This document shows, piece after piece, positions 39,266 to 48,397 of a stretch of 64,000 bases of DNA. The stretch spans positions 233,329 to 297,328 of the forward strand of contig NZ_JAPNJX010000021.1 of NCBI RefSeq assembly GCF_026626685.1, written 5' to 3'. Each line of letters begins with the position of its first letter. Within the stretch, counting starts at the first letter, position 1. Below the pieces are notes generated by a model. That model did no database searches and was not told the origin of the DNA. It worked only from the letters and a program-made list of their open reading frames with translations. Source of the DNA: Nannocystis sp. SCPEA4. GTDB lineage: Bacteria; Myxococcota_A; Polyangia; Nannocystales; Nannocystaceae. Made by a program: the position numbers and the translations under genes.

Positions 39266-40618
39266 ATGCGCCTCATGTCCTCGCCGCTCGTCGCCCGGTC
39301 CCCGCGGCTCCTCCTCGCCGCGCTGCTCGGCTGCGGCGCGCGCGTCGACTCGCCTCCCGCCGATCCGACCGCCGCCGCGCCTCCCGACGCTTCGCCGCCC
39401 GCGCCGGCCGTTTCCGCCACCTGTCCGATCGACCAGCCGACCGCCGAGGAGCTCCGGCTCGCCGCGGTCGTCGACGTCGGCGACGCCGCCGGCAAGCGCT
39501 GGCTGGTCGCGCGCGAGGGCGACGTCCCCGTCCTCCTCCACCTCGACGCTGCCGGTGCGCTCGCGCGGACCCGCCTCCCCGACTGGACCGAGGACATCGC
39601 CGTCGAGCGCGACAGCGGCCTGCGCCTGTTCTTCACCGACGAGCCCACCTGGGCGGCCGTCGACCTGCGCGACCGCGACGCCCCCGTCGTCGCCGACCCC
39701 GTCGCCGTCCCGGGCCTCGTCCCTGGCGAGTACCCCAAGGGCGTCGCCAGCGACGGCGCCCGCGCCCTCGTCTCTCTCTACCGCGAGGCCCGGCGCCCCG
39801 GCGGCGAGCGCCACGAGGGCGACACCTTCCTCCTCGACGTCGCCACCGGTGGCCGCCTCGGCCCGCGCGCCGGCATGACCGTGTGGGCCGCTCACTGCGA
39901 CGCCGGCCGCTGCCTCGGCGTCGCCACCCCCAACGGCGACCGGAAGTCGCGCACTCTCGTCGAGATCGGCGACGGCGGCGCCGTCCGCCTCGGCGATCTC
40001 GGCCGCTGGGACTGCAACGGCGTCGTCACCTGGCTCGAAGGCCAGGAGTGGCGGATCGCCTGGTCGGAGCGCAAGACCATCGGCCTCGCCGCCTACGACC
40101 TCGAGGCCGGCAAGCTCCGTCAGGACTCCTTCCCCACCGCCGACCCCGACTGCGCCGACCTCGCTCACCTCGCCCTCCCCGACCGCCACGGCCTCGTCGT
40201 CACCGCTGCCGACGGCCGGCGCGCCTTCGTGGCGATCGGCCCGGACCTGCGCCCCGGCGCCCCCGAGTTGCTGCCGAAATTCGAGCACGACCGCCAGCGC
40301 TTCCTCGCCGTCGGCGACGGCGTCCTCCTCGTCGACTTCGCCGCCTCCGCCAACCTGCGCCACGGCCCCGAGGATGCCGAAGGGGTCCGCGAGTACCACG
40401 ACGTCTGGCAATTCGCGGGCCGGCGACAGTACGCCCGTCCTGCCCCCGGCGAATGGAAGACCGAGCCCGCGGTCGCGCTCCCGCACGACGGCGAGCACGG
40501 TGATTTCGCCCGCGGCTACGACGTCCACCTCCTCGCCCGTCCCGGCCACGCCGGCGTCCTGCTCGCCGGCGACGGCCTAGCCAGCACCTGGCTGCCGCTG
40601 CGCCGGACCTGTCCTTGA
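39266..40618 (+). CDS. Hypothetical lipoprotein (lipobox LLGC). The start may be ATG 39275.
   Basis: ORF track. Confidence 0.6.
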   Translation: MRLMSSPLVARSPRLLLAALLGCGARVDSPPADPTAAAPPDASPPAPAVSATCPIDQPTAEELRLAAVVDVGDAAGKRWLVAREGDVPVLLHLDAAGALARTRLPDWTEDIAVERDSGLRLFFTDEPTWAAVDLRDRDAPVVADPVAVPGLVPGEYPKGVASDGARALVSLYREARRPGGERHEGDTFLLDVATGGRLGPRAGMTVWAAHCDAGRCLGVATPNGDRKSRTLVEIGDGGAVRLGDLGRWDCNGVVTWLEGQEWRIAWSERKTIGLAAYDLEAGKLRQDSFPTADPDCADLAHLALPDRHGLVVTAADGRRAFVAIGPDLRPGAPELLPKFEHDRQRFLAVGDGVLLVDFAASANLRHGPEDAEGVREYHDVWQFAGRRQYARPAPGEWKTEPAVALPHDGEHGDFARGYDVHLLARPGHAGVLLAGDGLASTWLPLRRTCP

Positions 40619-41046
40619 GGACAGATACCAACATTAGGATACGTCGGCTCGCCGGTCCTCTACGTGTCGTGCGTCGACGAGAGCGAGCAACCGCTGCTGG
40701 CGGCCGACATCTCCCGGCACACGCAGATCCGCCTGTACGACGTCGCGGCGTCACTGCTCGCGCCGGAGCTGCGCCGCCGGATCGTGCTGCTGACTGTGGC
40801 GCTGTCGTCGTGGTGGGAGCACGTCTCGTAGCCCGATCGACACCCCCCTCGTGAAGGTGCCCTCGTCGTTGCCGCGGATGCGCAGGGCCACGCCGAGCAG
40901 ATCGGGTCGGCCGCGCCCCTGCGGCCAGGTCAGCCGTTCGACCTCGGTCCGTCCCTTACCCACTCAGGTGTGATTCGTCATGGATGGAGTTTCGCTATCG
41001 GGTCCGGGGCCGTGCGACCCTACCCTTCAAGGCGAACGGACACGAT

Positions 41047-43119
41047 ATGACGACGACGCGTGCGCTGATTCTCCCCGGCAAGACGCCCCGGATCTGGAAG
41101 GCCGAGCTCGACGGCGGGCGCCTCACCATCACCAGCGGGACGATGAAGAAGCCGGCGACCAAGGAAGAGACCTTCGAGCGGCCGCACGAGGCTGAAGAGA
41201 AGTACGTCGCGGAGCTGCTCAAGAAGCTCCGGGGCGGTTACGTGCTCGACGGGGCCCAGGAGGGGCTCGTGGCGCAGTTCCTCGTATCGGACGAGAACGG
41301 CGCGAGCAGCGTGTCGCCCGACGGCGAGACCGTGTGGGACGTCGAGAATCGCGGTCTCGTGCCGACCGCGAAGGTCTATGCGCGCAGCGGCGAGCTGCTC
41401 GCCACGCACGACCTCCGCGCGCTCGGCATTCCGCAGGACATCGTGTCCGACGTCGTGGCCCTCTCGCGCGACGCGGCGCTCATCGCCTGCGCATCGACCG
41501 AGGTCTGGAAGCTCGACGCCTCGGGGCTGCGCGTGTTCGCAAGGGCCGAAGGCTGCACCGGGCGCCTGCGCGTGGGCGGAGACCGCGTGCTGCTGCGGGG
41601 CCACCGTAACCTCGCCACGCTGTTCGACCTCGACGGCAACGTCATCGTCACGCTCGAGAACGTACAGCACTGCGCGCTGGGCGACGACGGCCGCTACCTC
41701 GCCACCTGCGCGGAGGGTGCGGGCGAGCTCATCGTGTGGGACGCGAAGGACGGCACGGAGGTGCGGCGGTGCTCCTTCGGCGCAGGGCGCGGCGTACACG
41801 ACCTCGCCATCAACGGCGAGCACGTGGCCGGCCTCTCCATCTACTTCCCGGGCTCGGGCCGGCGCTCGATCCAGGCCTTCTCCATCGCCACCGGAGAACC
41901 CGCGCTGACGAAGCTGTTCGCCGACACGCGCAGCGTCGGCGGCGTGGAAGCGTTCACCACCACCGGCTTCGTCGTCGGCTCCGGCTCGTTCTACGCGGGC
42001 GACGACGACACGCCCGTGCAAGAGAACGTCGAGCTCTCACGCCTGGCGAGCTGGCGCTCGGCGCATGTCGCATCGGGTGGACGCTTCGTGCTCGAGCGGC
42101 TCACGAAGGGCGTCGTCGCGGTGTGGGACACCACCCAGCTGCCACGAGAGGCGCCGAAGGTGGAACCGCCGCCGAAGCCGAAGCTGCCGGCGCCGGGGAC
42201 CGACTGGGTGGTACCGAAGACGCCCGCGCCGCAGGTCACCGACGACGCGCTCGTCATTCCCTTCGAGAACGAGCCGGTGGGGACCCGCGTGGTGCCCGGC
42301 GGCATCATCTACAGCTCGTACGTCGACGATGTGTCGACCTTCGTCGACCTGACGTCCTGGCCTCCGCGCACGTCGTCGCGCATGGTGGTGTTCGGTGCGG
42401 CGCGCTCTCCGAGCGGAATGTTCGCGCTGGAGCACCGCGACGGCTTGTGGCTCACGCGCGACTTCTCCGAGCGCGGCGAGCACCTGCCCACGCCCCGCTA
42501 CGCCGATGTCGTCGGGTTCCTCGGCGAAGCGCCGATGCTGTTCGACCTGGACGGTCAGGTGGCGCCGCTCATCTGGCAGGGCGGCGCGTGGAAGGAGGTC
42601 ACCGGGCTCCACGCCATCGACGCCACGGGCGGCACCGGCGCGCACAACCTGAGCGATGGCGTCGGCTTCATCACCTTCCGCGACGCGGCATGGCACGTCG
42701 ACGCCCAGGCACGCGCGACGAAGCTGTTCGACATGACCGGGGTCAACCCGTCGTGGACCTTCCCCACGATCGACGGCCGCGTGGTATGCCCGCTGCCCGC
42801 GGGGAAGCTCGTCTTCTATTCGCGCGACGGCCGGAAGAGCGTCGTCGACGTCACCGAGAAGAAGAAGGTGAGCCTCGGCGTGCAGCCGATGCCGGGCCCG
42901 AACCGCTCGTTGCTGGTGACGTTCAATGGCACCCTCGGGCGCAACAAGACCGAGTTCATCGGCGCACAGGTGCCGCTGTCCGGGGGCAAGCCGACGCTGC
43001 TGACGCGCGCCGACTTCGGCATCACCGCCGACTGCGTGGCGGAGCTGTTCATGTGCGGCGACGAAGTGCTGGCCCACGTCGAGGGCCCGGTGTTTCACCG
43101 GTTGAAGAAGCGGAGCTGA
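41047..43119 (+). CDS. WGR-domain protein with a C-terminal β-propeller-like region.
   Basis: ATG 41047 sits in the frame of ORF 40984..43119. 'RIWKAELDGGRLTITSGTMKKPATKEETFERPHEAEEKYVAELLKKLRGGYV' fits the WGR domain pattern. Confidence 0.65.
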   Translation: MTTTRALILPGKTPRIWKAELDGGRLTITSGTMKKPATKEETFERPHEAEEKYVAELLKKLRGGYVLDGAQEGLVAQFLVSDENGASSVSPDGETVWDVENRGLVPTAKVYARSGELLATHDLRALGIPQDIVSDVVALSRDAALIACASTEVWKLDASGLRVFARAEGCTGRLRVGGDRVLLRGHRNLATLFDLDGNVIVTLENVQHCALGDDGRYLATCAEGAGELIVWDAKDGTEVRRCSFGAGRGVHDLAINGEHVAGLSIYFPGSGRRSIQAFSIATGEPALTKLFADTRSVGGVEAFTTTGFVVGSGSFYAGDDDTPVQENVELSRLASWRSAHVASGGRFVLERLTKGVVAVWDTTQLPREAPKVEPPPKPKLPAPGTDWVVPKTPAPQVTDDALVIPFENEPVGTRVVPGGIIYSSYVDDVSTFVDLTSWPPRTSSRMVVFGAARSPSGMFALEHRDGLWLTRDFSERGEHLPTPRYADVVGFLGEAPMLFDLDGQVAPLIWQGGAWKEVTGLHAIDATGGTGAHNLSDGVGFITFRDAAWHVDAQARATKLFDMTGVNPSWTFPTIDGRVVCPLPAGKLVFYSRDGRKSVVDVTEKKKVSLGVQPMPGPNRSLLVTFNGTLGRNKTEFIGAQVPLSGGKPTLLTRADFGITADCVAELFMCGDEVLAHVEGPVFHRLKKRS

Positions 43120-43164
43120 GCCCCGGCGGATCGGGGACGACGTACCGGACGACGGAACGTACTA

Positions 43165-44381
43165 GTGCCGAGACCGGGTGTTACTGATCAGGTTGAGGCG
43201 CGAATTTGCGCCTCGCGCAAAAACCTGATCTACAGGCTTCATGAGGCAGAAGAAGCCGACCCGGCCGTGGTTCCCCGGGCTCAAGCTCAAGCAGGAAGAT
43301 CGAGAGCTCCTGCGTCGTAAGGCGCGGGAGCGGCTCACCGAGAGGACCTGGAAGCGGATCCGTGCGCTTCAGATGCTGGACGAGGGGTACTCGCTTGCAG
43401 CCACGGCGGCGGCGATCGGTTCGGCCGTTCCGTCGGTGCGTCGTGTCGGGGAGCGATATCTCGCCTCTGGCGTCGAGGTAGCGCTGAAGGATGCGAAGCG
43501 ACCACTTCGGCCACGAAGGCTCGACACGCGACAGGAGGCGGCGATCATCGCCATGGTCTGCGGGCCTGCCCCCGAAGGCCGCGCTCGATGGACGCTCATG
43601 CTCATCGTCGAAGAGAGCATCAAACGCGGGATCGTCGACGAGGTCGGTCGGGAGACGATCCGCGTGCTGCTCAAGAACCACGAACTGAAACCGTGGCGGG
43701 AAAAAAATGTGGTGCGTCCCACGACTGGACGAGCACTACGTGGCGCGCATGGACGACGTACTCGACACGCTCGCGCAACCGCAGGACGCGGCCGAGCCAG
43801 TCGTCGCACTCGATGAGCGGCCAGTCGTCCTCCGTGACTCTGCGCGGCAAGGCCGCTGCGCGTCACCCGGCCGGTTGGCGCGCATGGACTACGAATACGT
43901 ACGTCGCGGGACCGCGAACATCTTCTGCATCGTCGAACCGAAGGCCGGCCGTCACATGACCTTCGCCACGCCGAACCGCAAAGGCTGCGAGTTCGCGCGT
44001 GCGCTCCGGAAGATCGCCCGCCGATACTCCTCTGCGAGGACGATCCACCTGGTCATGGATAACCTCAGCACGCACAGCCAGAACTCCTTGTGCACAGCCT
44101 TCGGAGATCAAGCGGGACGTGCGCTGTGGAATCGCTTCACGGTGCACTACACACCGAAGCACGGCAGCTGGCTCAACCCCGCCGAGATCGAAGCGAGCCT
44201 GTGGTCACGCGAGTGCCTCGGGCGCCTGCGCATCGGCTCGCTCGCAGAGCTTCGCCGTCGAACGTCTCGATGGAACGCCGACGCTCACCGGCGACGCCGG
44301 AAGATCACCTGGCGGTTCACGAAAGAACGTGCCCGCTCCGTGTTCAAGATCGACCAGATCGATACGGCCCGGTCGCGGCAC
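43165..44381 (+). mobile_element. IS630-family (Tc1/mariner superfamily) insertion sequence, 1217 bp, flanked by TA (43163-64 and 44382-83).
   Basis: Its terminal inverted repeats are GTGCCGAGACCGGG... on the left and ...CCCGGTCGCGGCAC on the right, matching at 15 of 16 positions. It has nested subterminal inverted repeats. The transposase stop TAG is completed by the flanking TA. Confidence 0.8.
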
Positions 44382-44384
44382 TAG
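43241..44384 (+). pseudogene. IS630-family transposase (an HTH N-terminus plus a DDE_3 catalytic domain) split into two frames at an A7 tract (43701-43707). It is either a frameshift mutation or slippage-dependent expression.
   Basis: orfA 43241.. reads 'KPWREKNVV'. orfB 43707..44384 has 'IFCIVEPKAG', 'HLVMDNLSTH' and 'YTPKHGSWLNPAE' (a DD34E-like motif). orfB's frame is open from 43689. The two frames differ by +1, which a 1-nt deletion in the A-run would fix. Confidence 0.7.
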
Positions 44385-44543
44385 TGCCGCGACCGGGGCA
44401 TTTCGAGTAGTCCTCGCGCCGGGATCCGACAGGCTGGCAAGGCGCGAGGAGGGCGCATATCGGGCAATATGTAACCGACGAGCAACGCAGCCAGCGTGGC
44501 GGAGAACAAGCGAGGGCTGCTCGAAATGTCCCGGTCGCGGCAC
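44384..44543. mobile_element. MITE-like 160-bp element. Its 24-bp terminal inverted repeats are near-identical to the IS630 ends, and it is flanked by TA.
   Basis: GTGCCGCGACCGGGGCATTTCGAG ... CTCGAAATGTCCCGGTCGCGGCAC, with 1 mismatch. It shares the TA at 44382-83 with the IS630 copy. Confidence 0.7.
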
Positions 44544-44653
44544 TAGGAGCACGACTGGGGCTTGAAGGACGCCGAGTCGCTCTCGGCTCCAGCTTGCGTT
44601 TGCTCGGGGGAGAAGCCCGCAGGGACCCGCCTTCGCCGCCCCCTCGACGATCT

Positions 44654-46555
44654 TCACGGCCCCGCGTCTTCGGCCGCGCTCTGTCGCGACGACAGCACCG
44701 CCGCCCGCGAGCGCGCCGCCCAGTCGAGCAAATCGCTCTCACACGCCCGCGCCCACTCCGCCCGCACGGCAGCCACGTCCCTCGTCTCGCCCGGATCGTC
44801 GACCACGTCGAACACGCGCACCAGCCCGCGCTCCGGCTCGACGATGCACTTCCAGCGGCCCGTCCGCAGCCCCAGGAGCACGCTGTTGTAGTCGCTGAAG
44901 AAGCGGGCCACCCCCGGCGCCGGCGTCAACAGCGAGCGTCCGGTCCACGACGCCGGGGCCGGCACGTCGAGCAGCGCCGCGATCGTCGGCGCCACGTCGA
45001 TCGCCCCCGCCACCTGCGGCGCGCGGACCGACGAGGCGAACGCTCGCGGCGGCACGATCACCAGCGGCACGTGCACGTTCTCCTCGTAGACGAACAACGA
45101 ATGGGCGAAGTTGCCCGGGTGTTGCTGAAAAGCCTCGCCGTGGTCGCCCTGGATCACCCACAGCACGTCGTCCAGCCGCCCGCGATCCGCCAGCCCGTCG
45201 ATCAGGCGCCCGAGCGCCTCGTCGCCGGCGAACAGGTCGTTGCGGTAATGGTCGAGGTCCGTCTCGGCCGCGAACGGCCGCGTCCCCGCGCCCGGGCTGC
45301 GGTACGGGTGATGGCCCGCGATCGGCATGTACAGCGCGAAGAACGGCTGCTGCGGTGATTCGTCGATCCACCGCAGCAAGCGCGTCGCCGTCGCCGCGTC
45401 GTCGGTGCCGAAGCTGACCGCGTGCTCGCCCCCGATCGTCTGCGCGTCGTGCAGCGCCGCCAGGCCGCGCTCTGCGATCATGTGGCGCATCCCGAGGTAC
45501 ACGAACCGGCCCGAGTGGAACAGCCCCGTGCGGTAGCCCTGCTCCTGCAGCAGCTGCGGCAGCGGCTCGCACGGCGCCTTCCCGGCCGCGTAGTCGGCCG
45601 CCGCGGTGTCCGGCGCCGGCGCGCGCCCGCACAGCAATGCGTACAGGCTCTTGATGCTCTCGGGGTAGCTCGTGTACGCCGATTCGAACACCACCCCACC
45701 GCGTGCGAGCCGCGTCAGCCGCGGCGTCGCCTCGACCTCCGCCCCGTGGAGCGTCAGGTAGCGCGCCCCCGTCGATTCCAGCACCACCCAGATCACGTCG
45801 CGCCCGCGCGCCGCGCCCGCCAGGTGCGTCAGATCGATCGCCAGGCCCTCCGCCGGCACCGTCACTATCTGTCCCTTCGAACCTGACCTTTCAGTCATTC
45901 GTGCCAGGCGCGTCGTCACCAGCGCCGCGATCGCGTTGCGGTGCAGCCCCAGCGTCTCGCAGCGGCGCGCTCCCGCCGGCCCGAGCGCGATCACCAGCGC
46001 CGCCGCGATCGCCAGCGCCCGCACGCGCCGGGGCGGCCGGCGCACCAGCCACGGCAGCGCCGCCGCCCACGCCAGCGTCACCAGCACCGCCGCCACGTTG
46101 CCGGGCGTCACGTATGCCGCGATCGAGTCCCCCAGCGCCCCGCCGGTCGCCTCGACGAACGCCCACGTCAGCGGCGTCCCGAACTGCCGCGCGATCGGCA
46201 CGTTGGCCGCCATGTACAGCGCCGCCGCGGCGTAGATCGCCCACCCGGCCCGCTGCGCGCCCGCGCGGGTCAGCCCGAAGTCGAGCGCCAGCGCGCCGAG
46301 GGCCACCCACACCTCCTGGTAGAGCAGCGCCGGCACGGCCCACGGAGTCGCCAGGCCCGCGGCCACCCCGTCGAGCGCGCGCAGGGCCACCAGCACCAGC
46401 TTCGCGCCCGCCCCCGCGAGCAGCAGGCACAGCGCGCGGCGGAGCGACGGCACGGCCGACCCTACCACGTCGAGCCCGCGCAGCAGCGCCCCGCGCGGCC
46501 ACGCCCTCGGCGGCCCCCCGACGAGGTCCTCGCGCGGCAGTTGCCCCCCGGGCAT
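44654..46555 (-). CDS. Sulfatase-family membrane protein (LTA synthase/phosphotransferase-like) with an N-terminal multi-TM domain. The start is ambiguous: 46555 or 46606.
   Basis: ORF 44654..46714. The alkaline-phosphatase-superfamily motifs are 'VIWVVLESTGARY', 'GHHPY' and 'VIQGDHGEAF'. Confidence 0.7.
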   Translation of the reverse strand: MPGGQLPREDLVGGPPRAWPRGALLRGLDVVGSAVPSLRRALCLLLAGAGAKLVLVALRALDGVAAGLATPWAVPALLYQEVWVALGALALDFGLTRAGAQRAGWAIYAAAALYMAANVPIARQFGTPLTWAFVEATGGALGDSIAAYVTPGNVAAVLVTLAWAAALPWLVRRPPRRVRALAIAAALVIALGPAGARRCETLGLHRNAIAALVTTRLARMTERSGSKGQIVTVPAEGLAIDLTHLAGAARGRDVIWVVLESTGARYLTLHGAEVEATPRLTRLARGGVVFESAYTSYPESIKSLYALLCGRAPAPDTAAADYAAGKAPCEPLPQLLQEQGYRTGLFHSGRFVYLGMRHMIAERGLAALHDAQTIGGEHAVSFGTDDAATATRLLRWIDESPQQPFFALYMPIAGHHPYRSPGAGTRPFAAETDLDHYRNDLFAGDEALGRLIDGLADRGRLDDVLWVIQGDHGEAFQQHPGNFAHSLFVYEENVHVPLVIVPPRAFASSVRAPQVAGAIDVAPTIAALLDVPAPASWTGRSLLTPAPGVARFFSDYNSVLLGLRTGRWKCIVEPERGLVRVFDVVDDPGETRDVAAVRAEWARACESDLLDWAARSRAAVLSSRQSAAEDAGP

Positions 46556-46577
46556 CCTCGGTTCGGAGGTGTGGGCG

Positions 46578-47570
46578 ATGCGAGGCACGACGGCGGCGAT
46601 CGGCATCTTCACCACGGCGCTCGCGGGCGCCTGTCTGTTCCACGACGATCCCACCGATCCCACGACCTCGACCGGCAGCACCAGCGGCACCACCACCGAC
46701 GACACTCCGACCACCGGCGCCGATCAGTGTCCCAACAATTGCCCGCTCCCCGGGCCCTGCCGGCAGATCACCTGCACCGACGGCGCCTGCGGCGTCGCCG
46801 ACCTGCCCGCGGGGACAGTCTGGCCCGGCACCGTCGGTGATTGTCGGCAGGACGTGTGCGACGGCAAGGGCGGCCTGCAGAGCGAGCTGGCCGACGATCC
46901 GCCGCCGCAGGTGCCTGGCGACTGCGAGCGCTACGTGTGCGACGCCGGCGACGTCGTCACCATGCTCGACGCCTCCGACGTCCCCGACGACGCCAACGAT
47001 TGCACCGACGACACCTGCGAGGGCGCCACGCCGCTCAACACCCCCAGGCCGATGCACACCGCCTGCGGCCCCGGCCTGAGCCAGTTCTGCCACACCGACG
47101 CCGCCTGCCGCCCGTGCAAGCAGGTCACCGACGCCTGCGAGGATTACGGCGCCGAGCCGCACGACAATCAGGAGACCGCCCTCGACCTCGGCACGATCAG
47201 CGACAACGACGGCGACGGCTCGTTCGCCTGCGGCACGATCAAGGGCGCCAACGACGTCGACTGGTTCACCTTCGCCGGCGACGACGCCTTCCTCAACTAC
47301 GTCGACCCGGTGCGCAGCCTCGTCACCCAGAATGGCGGCGGCGGTCGGGTCTGCGTCTACCTGCAGTGCAACGGCGGCGGCACCAGCATCAATTGCGGCA
47401 GCGCCACCGACGACATCGCCCCGCTGGGCCAGAAAGGCTGCTGCAGCGCCAGCAGCGTGGCCCCCAAGCTCAACTGCGACGGCCTCGACGACAGCGCCAA
47501 GATCTGGATCCGCGTCGACACCCCGCAGGACCTCGCCTGCGTGCCGTACCAGCTCGACTATCACTTCTGA
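46578..47570 (+). CDS. Cys-rich secreted lipoprotein with a C-terminal pre-peptidase C-terminal (PPC)-like domain.
   Basis: ORF 46569..47570 with ATG 46578, lipobox 'ALAGAC'. 'DNDGDGSFACGTIKGANDVDWFTFAG' fits the PPC pattern. Confidence 0.6.
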   Translation: MRGTTAAIGIFTTALAGACLFHDDPTDPTTSTGSTSGTTTDDTPTTGADQCPNNCPLPGPCRQITCTDGACGVADLPAGTVWPGTVGDCRQDVCDGKGGLQSELADDPPPQVPGDCERYVCDAGDVVTMLDASDVPDDANDCTDDTCEGATPLNTPRPMHTACGPGLSQFCHTDAACRPCKQVTDACEDYGAEPHDNQETALDLGTISDNDGDGSFACGTIKGANDVDWFTFAGDDAFLNYVDPVRSLVTQNGGGGRVCVYLQCNGGGTSINCGSATDDIAPLGQKGCCSASSVAPKLNCDGLDDSAKIWIRVDTPQDLACVPYQLDYHF

Positions 47571-47728
47571 GCGCGCACCCGCGCTCCTGCGAACCGGACC
47601 GTTCGGTCCGCAGGGGTCCCGCGGCCGGAATGTTTCACGCGAACACGAACACCCCCATCACTCCCGAGCGGTCGCGCGATGCAGCGAGCGGCTCCCGCCT
47701 GCCGCGGCGACGCGCTACGCTCGTCCGC

Positions 47729-48238
47729 ATGCCTAACATTACACCTGCACGCCTCTCGCTCGTCCTGGCCGCTCTGCTCGCCTGCAAGCCCGGCACGGGC
47801 GACACCGCCAGCGACACCGACCCCTCGACCGGCAGCACCGCCACCGAGGGCAATACCTCGACCGGCGACCCGGCGACCTCGACCTCCACGAGCGAAGGCG
47901 CGAGTACGACCGCCGAGCCGACCACGAATGCCACCACCGACCACGGCACCACCAGCACCGGCGTGGTCTCGTGCGGCGGCGGCTGGTGTGCGGCCAAGGA
48001 CTCGCTCAACATCATCATCAAGGACAACCACGAGCCCCCGCACGAGCTCGTGATCCCCGCCTTCGACGCCGACGCCTGCGTCGAGCGCACCTACGAGTTC
48101 ACGGGCGCCGCCGATCACACGCACACCGTGACCTTCACGCCGACCGACTTCGCCATCATCGACGCGGGCGGCCAGATCGAGATCGAGTCGAGCGAGGCGG
48201 AGGGCCACACGCACCTCGTCTGGAGCGACTGCGAATGA
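47729..48238 (+). CDS. Small lipoprotein (hypothetical, 169 aa).
   Basis: ATG 47729 sits in the frame of ORF 46841..48238, 'MPNITPARLSLVLAALLAC'. Confidence 0.6.
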   Translation: MPNITPARLSLVLAALLACKPGTGDTASDTDPSTGSTATEGNTSTGDPATSTSTSEGASTTAEPTTNATTDHGTTSTGVVSCGGGWCAAKDSLNIIIKDNHEPPHELVIPAFDADACVERTYEFTGAADHTHTVTFTPTDFAIIDAGGQIEIESSEAEGHTHLVWSDCE

Positions 48239-48397
48239 CGGCAGCGCGCTCCTGCCGTCATTCGTGAACGACGCGCGGCGGGGCCCGGCCACCACGGCGC
48301 ACCTCACTGCGCTCGAACTCCCGGCCGCACGAGCGAGATTCGGCGCACCCGCGCGCCTTGACAACTGTGGGCACAGTTCGGTCTCCTGCCGTCCACC

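Noticed and set aside
43181-43681. A minus-strand 166-aa ORF inside the IS630 element.
   Set aside because: It is antisense to the transposase orfA and spans the IS terminal inverted repeat. It is an artefact.
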